Shown here piece after piece: positions 51,289 to 60,402 of a stretch of DNA of 64,000 nucleotides (its first letter is position 1; each line of letters begins with the position of its first letter). A model generated the notes under the pieces. The model searched no databases. It saw only the letters and a program-made list of their open reading frames with translations, and was not told where the DNA came from. The stretch is taken from NCBI GenBank assembly GCA_963720465.1, contig OY970393.1, positions 1,632,001 through 1,696,000 of the forward strand, written 5' to 3'. This DNA is from Methanobacteriota archaeon. Lineage in GTDB: Archaea; Halobacteriota; Bog-38; Methanoflorentales; Methanoflorentaceae. The position numbers were made by a program, and so were the translations under genes.

Positions 51289-52089
51289 GTGTATGCCTTA
51301 ACGGAAGTATCGTCTATGACAAGTGAGCTCCTCGAGGAGTCAGATCGATTCCGCGCAGCGCTGACGTCACGCGCACGGCGCAAGCGTTACTCGCATCTAA
51401 ACGTCGATCGTGGGTCGACGCTGTGGGCGCCACGCGCAATCGGCTGGTGGATTGGCATTTTGTTTGCGGTAGGATCTACCTGCTTCGCGGTAGGCGCTCT
51501 CCCTGCATATCTCTCGGCGGTGGGTCCTGAGGCTGATGCACTCACTTTCTTTGTCGGATCCTTATGGTTTACAAGCGCTGCATTCCTGCAAGTCGTGGAG
51601 TCGGCAAACGTCGATGACATTGAGGGGCAACCTGAAGTTTCGTCCAGAATTCGCCTATTGGCGTCGTTACCGCGTCGAATTGACTGGTGGGCGACGATCG
51701 TGCAGTTCGCAGGTACGCTGTTTTTCAACGGCACGACGTTCAACGCTTTGCGTGCCAACCTTACGACACATCAGCTCAATCGGCTCGTTTGGGCGCCAGA
51801 CGCGTTTGGCTCGACGTGCTTTCTTATCGCAAGTGGGCTCGCGTGGTTTGAAGTGTGCCGCGCGGTCAGCTGTTGGCGATTGCGAAGCCTGCCGTGGTGG
51901 ATCACGGCCCTCAACCTGTTGGGCTCAATCGCCTTCGGCATCTCTGCAGTCGCGTCGTTTGTGTTGCCGACGACGGGTGTTCCGATAAACGTCGCTCTCG
52001 TAAACTTGGGCACGTTCGTGGGCGCGGGGTGTTTCTTCATCGGTGCGGTATTGCTGCTGCCAGAGCGCACGCAAACTGATTCTAATTGA
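51289..52089 (+). CDS. YrhK-like multi-TM membrane protein
   Basis: WWIGILFAVGSTCF, FFVGSLWFTSAA, QFAGTLFFN, WAPDAFGS; start may be 51316. Confidence 0.75.
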   Translation: MYALTEVSSMTSELLEESDRFRAALTSRARRKRYSHLNVDRGSTLWAPRAIGWWIGILFAVGSTCFAVGALPAYLSAVGPEADALTFFVGSLWFTSAAFLQVVESANVDDIEGQPEVSSRIRLLASLPRRIDWWATIVQFAGTLFFNGTTFNALRANLTTHQLNRLVWAPDAFGSTCFLIASGLAWFEVCRAVSCWRLRSLPWWITALNLLGSIAFGISAVASFVLPTTGVPINVALVNLGTFVGAGCFFIGAVLLLPERTQTDSN

Positions 52090-52159
52090 AAGCAGAATCC
52101 CACCCCCAATAATGTCTGCGGGCTAGCGACACCTTCGGCTTTATCAACGTGCCGCGTGA

Positions 52160-53811
52160 CGTCATTCTCTGCGTTGTAGCCAGTCGTTGGCCCGCTTAAA
52201 CGCCTCACGCGTCGATGAGCCGACCTCGTCTCGCGCCAAAAAGATATTCTGAGCGCCAAGGACCTCCCAATATTTTGACCGTCCTAGCTGCTCTTTGAGA
52301 GCGTCACTCACGCCCGTGAGTACGAGCTTGTGCCGTTGCTTTGAAGCTCTTGTGCATAGCGTCCGAGCACCTTGAGGAACGTGCTACCGAGTTCGCGGCG
52401 CCCACGGAGGCGCAATATTACTACAGCGCGTTTCGACTGCTTTGCTTCGGGAAGGAGACCCTGAAGGGTTGGTGCTGAAGCAAAGAACGCGCTCCCGTAG
52501 AAATCGAGGACCGTAACGCGATCACTCGGGAGAATCGCAGGCGGCTTGCGCTCGCGGACCGAACCGTCCTCGCTGACCGTGAGTTCGACTAGCTGCATGT
52601 CTAGTGATGTTTTGTAGAGATGAAGAATGACAGAGACGGTGACGCCGAAAAGCACCGCGATCTGTATCGGCAGTACCAAGGTCGCCCCAAAGGTAAGCAC
52701 CAAGACCGTGCGCGAAGAGAGGCTGGTCAGCCACACCTCGCGAATCTGTTGACCCTGAATGATTTCGGCGCCAATAAACACAAGCAGTGCAGCAATCGTG
52801 GGGAGGGGAATGATTTTTAGCTGCGCGCCAAAAATGATGATGAGGGCCGCCACGAAAACACCCGTAAGGATATTCGTTATGTGTGTCTTCGCTCCGGCCG
52901 CCATTACAACGGCCGTCTGTGACACCGAGCCGCCGAGCGGCATGCCTTGGAAGAGGTCCGCAACAATATTGCTAAGACCCTGTCCAGCGAAGTCGCGCGA
53001 TGCGTCCGGATGCTCGCCGTCAGGATTCGGGATGGATGCTGCTGCTCACACCAACCCCCTGAATGAGTCCTATGATGGCGACGGCAAGAGCCGAACCGAT
53101 GACGACTGGGCTCAGCAATAGATTAGGAAGTGCAGGTAAAGGCGGGCCGATAGAGATCTCTGCGATGCTGCCAACGAGCGCTACGGTACCTAAGCCCAGG
53201 AGCTGAACAACAGCGGTCGTAACGACCACCGCCGTGACAGCGGCGAAGTTGCGCAGGCGGGTCCGGCGAATCGCGATGATGATGGCGAGCGTGGCAATCC
53301 CGATGGATGCTGATATCGGGTTAATCAGGTTCAGGTGCGTGAACAGATCGAGCGTTTGCATCAGCGTGCTGCCTCCAGTAGCGCTGTAGCCGGTGAAACC
53401 ACAGCTGTCCAAGGATGATAAGCACGGCAACGCCGCTCAAGAATCCGGTCATTACCGCATTCGAGACGAAGCGAGTGAAGCGCCCCAATTTCAGTAGCCC
53501 CGCTAACAGTTGAAACGCGCCAACGAGGAAAGTGAGCACGAACAGCGCCTCAATGCGGACGTTGCTTGCCACCCCGGAAAGTGACGCGCCGACGATAAGA
53601 GCTGTCGCGGCAGTGGTACTCACCGACATTAGCTCCGAGCTCGTTGAGAGACCAGCTACGGGAGTACCGACGATTATCGCGCGTAGATCGGGTTAACGCC
53701 GGCAAGAACTGCGTCAGCTATCGCGCTTGCTATGTTTACGATGCCGTTCGTCAAGCCAGCGATCGTGTCGGCACTGAGACTTTCTGTGTAACGTTTCGGA
53801 ATGGAAAGCAT
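52160..53811 (-). pseudogene. SulP/SLC26 anion transporter with STAS domain, several frameshifts
   Basis: ADTIAGLT..AGVNPIY, KLGRFTRFVSNAVMTGFLSG, SRDFAGQGLSN, GGSVSQT, YGSAFFASA, VVILRLR split across frames. Confidence 0.85.
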
Positions 53812-54063
53812 CCGCTCACTTTTTGCTGCGTCCCTGAACACGATCTACGTCTAGCTCCGCACAGCCCTGGTAAGCTTAGGCGTGTTAAACAACTCTTATT
53901 GGGCTTAGCTGCAATCGTGCGATCGTACTCACGGGCTTGAGTGCCGATTTTTGGTGGAGGACGGTAGCTCGAACGGCTTTTTGCAGCTCTGCCGATCACG
54001 CGACCGCGAATGGTTGCGAGTATCTAGTGAGATTGCGACTCTAAGAATTGAAAATAGAACGTT

Positions 54064-55164
54064 TCACGTCCCGCTCGCCTGAGTGACTGCCGGTGGTTGG
54101 GCTTCCTGCTCTTTTTGGATGTCCTTCCACGTTCTCCACATAGCAAGGGCGAAGCCGACGATCGCAGGACCGATAGCAAATCCGACGACGCCAAACGCCA
54201 CGAGAGCGAACGTGAACGCGATGAGCGTAAGCGGGCGCGGCACCTTGCCGGTTCGTTCCATCCACCGAGGTTGGATGGTGTACCGAAGGATCCCTTCAAA
54301 AACGATGATGCTAACAACAAGCACGATAAGCCCGGTGATCGCATGCCCTGAAATTATGAGCCAAAGCGCGAGAGGGACATAAATAAGGGCACGTCCGATG
54401 GAAGGAATGAGGCCCACGAAAACGATAAAGACTGCGAATGTGACGAAAAACGGTACGCCTAGTAACCCATATATGATGGCGGCAAGTATGCCGCAGATGA
54501 TGGCCACGGCGAAGTATATGACGAAGAAGCTGTAGTAGATCGGGTTGAGATGGTCGAAGAATCGATTGGTGAGGGACCGATACTTTAGTGGAACAGCACT
54601 CTTGAAGTCGTTGACGATGATATCCCCTCTGCCAAGGATACCAAGTAGCAGGAAGAAGACGATAATAAGCTGGAGCAACAAAACGGGGATGCTGACCAAA
54701 ACTTGCCGGACAACGTCTCGTGCCGTGTCAACGAACGTGGCTGTTATGCCGCCACCGCTGGTTGCAAGAGCGGCGATGAGTGCGGCGATGGGTCCCGCTT
54801 TTGCGAGGCCTGGGATGACATTGAAGGTGCCTATAAGTCCCGTATCAATAGATGCGCTTGACGCTGACGCTGCCGAAGCGAGTTGTACGAGTTGCTGCGC
54901 GACGATGACGGTTACGCTGACGAGAGCCAGCGCCAGAACAACGCCAGTGACAATGAGAACGATAAGGGCCGCTAAGTAACGCCGGTGAATGTATTTTTCC
55001 AGCCACACCGTCGGCCAGTACAGGACGTACGCGCCCTAGAGGGTTAGTATCAAGGGATACTTCCACGGCCAGACCATATACAAAAGAAAGAGCAGAATCG
55101 CAATGGCTACAAGAATGAATGGAAGGCTACTCCACCTCTTTTCGAAAAACGAAAGGTCAACCAT
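54064..55164 (-). pseudogene. AI-2E family transporter with a disrupted N-terminus
   Basis: Body intact (IPSIGRALIYVP, FGVVGFAIGP). An upstream in-frame TAG at 55036-55038 replaces Trp (TL*GAYVL vs TLWAAYIL in the paralog), plus frameshifts. Confidence 0.8.
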
Positions 55165-55744
55165 GGCTCAATGGCTCGGCCGCTTGTCCAGCCCAACGCC
55201 TAGCTGCGGCAAAGTTTAATACTAAGATGAAAAAACTTTTATTTGAAGTTTTTGATTTTGTTTCGCGTTCGCTAGCGAAAACCTGCCGGTATGCCGGTCG
55301 TGCGATGCGGGGCATTTGCCACCTCTCGTTCTTATTCAGCGTAGCGACGGCTAGAACATATCAACTAGTATATTGGCCTTGCAACCGCAACGGCGCTCGG
55401 GATAGGGGCGGCTGTCGGGCAGCGGATTGCGCACGTGCTGCACGGCAAGACGGGCCTACGGAACGTGACTCGAACTGACTTCTCACGATCGAACGGCGAG
55501 GGCTGGGCACATTTTAGAAACCACGGCAAGAGTTGCATGATTAGCCGCGCGAGACGTCCCAAGGTTGTGGGCGTGCCGGAAATTGGACGACGCGCTCACC
55601 TCGTGTCTGCGTTCGATAAAATCTCTATTCTGTGCGAGCTAGCCGCAAAAAAGGTGGAGATGGGTTACACCCATCTTCTCGCGCTAGCAACTCTAACCCC
55701 ATTAGTAGAGCCTGCTTTTCGCGCACTCATTTTTCAGCCTGCCT

Positions 55745-55999
55745 TTATATTCCTAGGATCTTCTTCTTCGACGCCGCGAACTCTTCATCTGTTAGCACGC
55801 CTTGGTTGTGGAGCTCGGCCAGTTTCTTCAACTGGGCAGTCGGATCGTCGCTAGCTGGTGCCGCAGCTGGTGCTGCAGCTGGTGCCGCGGCCGCAGGCGC
55901 CGGGGCCTCCTGTGCGGCAGCCTGCTGTGCTTGAGCCTGCTGGGCTCTCCGTTCTCCCGCTCTCATTCCTACAACAAGCGCTGCTCCTCTTCCTCTCAT
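55745..55999 (-). CDS. SHOCT-domain protein
   Basis: Ala/Gln/Pro linker then QLKKLAELHNQGVLTDEEFAASKKKILG. Confidence 0.88.
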   Translation of the reverse strand: MRGRGAALVVGMRAGERRAQQAQAQQAAAQEAPAPAAAAPAAAPAAAPASDDPTAQLKKLAELHNQGVLTDEEFAASKKKILGI

Positions 56000-56002
56000 T
56001 GT

Positions 56003-56446
56003 TCAGTCACCTCTTTTTGCCATATCTTGCGCTACCTTTTGGATATTTTCCGGGGGGATCCGCCCCATGTCGATCACCTCGGCATTCATTTCAAGGAGAT
56101 CCTCCTTCAATTTGATGGCCCAGACGTTCTCGAACAGGAGCAGGCCGGCCGAGCTATTGTTGGGCAACGATGCGGCGATCTCCTCTATATCGCCTTCCGA
56201 GAACCATTCGCGGGTATTCTTTGAGAGTTCATTGAATGCTGCACGCGCTTCCCCTGGCAGGTCGACTGCCTCGGATGTGACCAGTTTCCCGTTCTCATCC
56301 TTGACAATGAAAACCATATCGATCACCCGGATGATACCTTGTTTTTCAAGTTTCAAAAGCTCAGGGGCACCCTTACCACTGAACTTGCTCCCGGGAAACC
56401 TAACCATAAGGTAGTCCACCGGACCCATCATATTTGCTTGTGTCAT
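56003..56446 (-). CDS. DUF6325/DUF1269-like protein
   Basis: MGPVDYLMVRFPG..F.G, GIIRVIDMVFIVKDENG, LLLFENVWA, GRIP. Confidence 0.82.
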   Translation of the reverse strand: MTQANMMGPVDYLMVRFPGSKFSGKGAPELLKLEKQGIIRVIDMVFIVKDENGKLVTSEAVDLPGEARAAFNELSKNTREWFSEGDIEEIAASLPNNSSAGLLLFENVWAIKLKEDLLEMNAEVIDMGRIPPENIQKVAQDMAKRGD

Positions 56447-56726
56447 AATGCTCCTTCATATGCGCCCCCACGAAGAGGATGCCATAGGGTAACTGGTAGC
56501 CTCCATTTAAAATATCTTCCCCGACGATTATATCGCATCGCTGGAGAGGCGGGAAATCTTTCGATAGCACATGGCAGCAGCTACGGCCTACGCAAAAAAC
56601 GACTTTAGTGACTCTAGCGCGAGCACAGTGGCATTGAAATAAATAGTTAAAGCACAAAAAGAGAGGCGAAGCGGTAGCTGAAAAAGCGCATCGCCAGTTA
56701 CTACGTAGATAACGGAGGTGAAAAAC

Positions 56727-56855
56727 TTGGTAGGACCAGCGGGAAAAGCCGCAGCCGTTCATCATCACAGAGACAAGAAGGATGATGATAAGAAGGATAA
56801 CGACGTCATAGAACACAAGGGAGCGGCGGTTGCAGCAAGTCGAAGACGCAAATAG
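56727..56855 (+). CDS. 42-aa hydrophilic peptide
   Basis: TTG start after GGAGGTGA; MVGPAGKAAAVHHHRDKKDDDKKDNDVIEHKGAAVAASRRRK*. Confidence 0.6.
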   Translation: MVGPAGKAAAVHHHRDKKDDDKKDNDVIEHKGAAVAASRRRK

Positions 56856-57571
56856 AGGGAGACGGGCCCTCAAAACAGCAGCATAGAGCACCGCGTGTTC
56901 TAATAAGCTCTTCTTTCTTTTTTTACCTTTATTCTTAGGAAGGCATGATCAAGGTACCTAATGACGGCTTTCTGCGTGAGGAACTGACCGGGCTAGGAAT
57001 ATTATGGTCAGTAGCAACAAAAAAAGAGTATATATCTATGCGTTATCAGAAGGAAAAACAAAACAGGCTGCGGAGCGAGAAGGCAGCGACTAACGAACAC
57101 GAACTAAATGTACTTGCGCTCCTCGGCATGGGCAAGCAGGGCATGTCGTATGGGCGCATTGCTGCTGAACAAGACGCTACCGCAATCCACAGCTATGGAG
57201 AATCGCCCAATATAAGCCTCATTACTGCCTTTTGGATGGCAACATCCGCCGCGCGAAGCTGGGAGGTTTGCGGGTCTTAAGCATCTTCTATGGGCGATAT
57301 CAGCGAGAAATGCCAATGATCCGTCGCAAATAGTCTGATAGACTTACGCGCCACGCCTCGCGAATTCGTTCTGGCTAAATGCCCTCACACCTGCAACGAT
57401 CAGAAGCGCGGCAATAGCTGCCAATGGACCCCACTAACCCCCAAGCGAGAATCGCGAGCGCTAGAAAAACCGACGCTGCTGCACTGCTCAAGGCGGCGGC
57501 GGTTCGCCGCACAAGTTCAAAGGAGACGATATCCTGACGATTCACGAAGGATCAACTTCTCAACCGAGCCA

Positions 57572-57634
57572 GGGCTTTATGTAACGGTGAAAGAGGCGTA
57601 CGAGATGTGGAAGGCCGAGCCCTCGCCAATATAA
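57572..57634 (+). pseudogene. Short rhodanese-like N-terminal remnant
   Basis: GLYVTVKEAYEMWKAEP, typical of the helix preceding the rhodanese IDVR motif. Confidence 0.45.
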
Positions 57635-57893
57635 CAAGAGGACTTTCAATTTCTTTCTCTAAAGCTTTTTGAGTGTTTGCCGGGTTTGCAAGCGGTTACG
57701 CGTTTCTTGAGTCACCTCGCGCCTTTAGAACATGCTGGGTCGCCGATATTAAGCTTTGACTCTGACAGCCTCTCGGACGTTTTGAAGCCCTGAGGGCATA
57801 TCATCCAAGAATTGACCAAAATCAGAACCTTGATATAGACAAAAGCCGCCTTACTTGTGGCTGTTCACGGCGCGATCGCAAAAACCAAGCAGG

Positions 57894-58997
57894 ATGGTAG
57901 AAGTGATTGACATTGGCCGGTTCTTTGCAGAACGACGCTATGCGGCGATAGTTTTGCTTATCGCAGTCGTTACTGCGTTCCTGGTGCTTCTCATTTCCTG
58001 GCCGTGGATCAACGTGATTCTCATCACGCTGTGGGCGGCATATATCCTCTGGTTTCCTGCACGGTGGCTCGAGCGGCGCATCCACAGGCGCAAATTATCG
58101 TCGTTTCTCATTATACTCCTTATCATCGTGGCGTATGTAGGGATGGTGTTTCAGGGCGTTTACATACTCGCAGATGATCTCACAAGTTATCAGGTCACTT
58201 TCGGAACTTCGAACACGACGATTACCAGCGCGTTATCGCATTACCTTGGTGGCGCCCCCGCAGTCACTAACGTTACCGTAGATGCGGGACAGGCGGGATC
58301 CACTATCCTCACCGCGTTCGCTAATGCCACATTAGCCATCGTTCAAGGTGCGATTAAGTCGGCGCCGATCTTTCTGTTTCAACTTTTCATTATCACGCTT
58401 TTAGTTTGGTTTTTGTTGGTCAACGGCGATCGCATTGTAGCAGAGTTCAAGTCACTGGCCCCGCCCACGCACCAGAACACCGTGGATGCCTTTTTAGGGC
58501 ACGTTGACGCGATATACCACGCGCTCTATGTGAACTATATCTTCGCGGCGGTTATCAGTTTCATCATCGCGCTCTTCTTCTTCCCGTTGATTGGCGTGCC
58601 CTATGCGCTAACAGCGGCCTTCCTCATGCTCACCATCGGCATCATCCCGATCATCGGGCGGGCGCTTGTGTACGTTCCTGTCTCGCTTTACTTCTTGGTA
58701 ATTGGTGACCCAGTCAAAGCGCTGTGGGTGCTCATTGTTAGCGTTATCTTGTTCCAAATCATTGTAGGGCTTTATATCATTCCCTTCTTGGGACATAGGG
58801 GAAGAGCTGGCATACCAAAACCAGTCGCTCTCCTCGCCTACGTCGTTCCATTTGCGGCCCTCGGCCTTATAGGGGTAATTGTGGGCCCAGCGGTATACGG
58901 GTTTGCTCTCGCCCTGTACCGAACCTATCGCGGCCAGCGAATGGAAGAGGACGCGGTAGCCGAGCAATCCTCCCGCGCAGGCGCAGCACCTCCTTGA
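57894..58997 (+). CDS. AI-2E family transporter
   Basis: IPIIGRALVYVP, LGLIGVIVGP; paralog of 54064. Confidence 0.88.
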   Translation: MVEVIDIGRFFAERRYAAIVLLIAVVTAFLVLLISWPWINVILITLWAAYILWFPARWLERRIHRRKLSSFLIILLIIVAYVGMVFQGVYILADDLTSYQVTFGTSNTTITSALSHYLGGAPAVTNVTVDAGQAGSTILTAFANATLAIVQGAIKSAPIFLFQLFIITLLVWFLLVNGDRIVAEFKSLAPPTHQNTVDAFLGHVDAIYHALYVNYIFAAVISFIIALFFFPLIGVPYALTAAFLMLTIGIIPIIGRALVYVPVSLYFLVIGDPVKALWVLIVSVILFQIIVGLYIIPFLGHRGRAGIPKPVALLAYVVPFAALGLIGVIVGPAVYGFALALYRTYRGQRMEEDAVAEQSSRAGAAPP

Positions 58998-59316
58998 GAT
59001 GCCGCTCATGTTAGAAAGTATGCGCTAGATACGCAGATTGGTGACCGATCGGATCTGTTGAGCAATATTGGAGCTATAAGTACGTCTGTTCGGAGGTTCG
59101 CTTGAGCCGAGTTCTAGTGCCCTTCAACGTGAAGCTCGTCACGATCGCTTTTGTCAGCATGGCGAGGACGTCGGTTTTTTTAAAAAAATAGCAATGCGGC
59201 GGCCAAATGCTAGGTTAAGCACTAACCCAACAGTATTCTTACTAGAGCTTAGAGCCCGAAAAACTGTTTCTGCTTCGCTCAAAACTGTCGCTGTAGGGCC
59301 GGATCAAGCGGCCTTG

Positions 59317-59700
59317 CTACAAGACGTGAAGCGGCCAGAATTGTCGTAGGACTACAATCCCTACAACCAGAGAGAGCGTCCAGCTCGCAACGAGAAGTGC
59401 TATCACTGTTTTGTTAACTGGATTCACGCGCGAGATGTCTCGTGCCTGCTGGCGGCAAATATCGAGAAGTTCACAAGGGATCATCCTCTTCATCAATGCC
59501 AAACCGAGCAGGGTTACAAGCAAATCGTCCAGTTGGCCAAGCACTGGAATGCAATCAGGGATGAGATTCACGGGGCTTACGTCATAAGCGACTGCGCCTG
59601 CTGCGCAGGCTTTGGCGTACCAGGGGACTTCCGGGTGTTTTAGTGCCGTGTAAAGCACGGCGAGCTCTTGCGCGAGACGGTTCGGGCATCTCCTCCAGCC
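59317..59700 (-). pseudogene. YkvA/DUF1232 family protein, degenerate
   Basis: LYTALKHPEVPWYAK...YDVSPVNLIPDCIPVLGQLDD; start unclear and conserved positions altered. Confidence 0.7.
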
Positions 59701-60402
59701 GGCGAATGCGGAGCTTTTCCGTGCCGCCCCCGTCGACTCGGCGCGGAATAACTCGTGCAAGAGTGGTGCCTTGTGAGTGAACCCTGAACCGCTCATACCC
59801 GCCTCCTCGAACCCTTCACGGGCCACTTACGTCGCGGACAATAAGGTTGCCTTAGTCAGCTGGACCGACCGAGTGTCGGTTCTCCTAAGCCGCCGTTGAA
59901 ATGCCCAGATTTGACGTATTCGTCGCATCGCAAGCAACTCCTGCTCATCATCCGAGCCGTGATACTGCCGATATGGCCTTTTTGCGCCAGCGAATGCTAA
60001 CGACGACCAGGTTTTTTGTAATAGCGTTGTCATTCTATTTTAACGTTCCACGCTGCGACCGCTTGACTGCGGCACCGCCAAAGAACAACCGCGGCGTTTT
60101 CTCGCTCTCAGCTCGTACAGTAGTTTTCAGGATCAAATTCAGGGAAAAGCGAAAGAAATTACGCACTATGGAGCTGTCCCGAATTTAACGGGCAAATCTT
60201 ATTAACGGAACAGCCTCCTTCGTTGTAGTACGCAGTTGTATGCTCAGTACAAGCAGCAGAATAGCGAGGGGGGGGAGTTATGTTGTTGGGAACGTGCTGC
60301 TCAAGGACCCTCCTGTCTTTCACGCTCTCACTCAAGCACGACGAGAAAGTTGCGCGCCGTACCGGCTAAGGTCGGGAGCCATTTTTCTAGATGGGATGAA
60401 TT

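Noticed and set aside
13068-55164. Selenocysteine or pyrrolysine recoding of in-frame stops
   Set aside because: The stops occur in fragments that also carry frameshifts or deletions, and at Trp or other non-catalytic positions; the Trx-fold protein uses Cys codons.
57340-57480. Possible second SulP fragment (IAALLIVAG) on the - strand
   Set aside because: A short hydrophobic match that could be chance.
59760-59980. Possible ALDH C-terminal remnant on the - strand (DDEQELLAM..., GMSGSGFTHKA)
   Set aside because: Needs several frame changes; similarity is too weak without a search.
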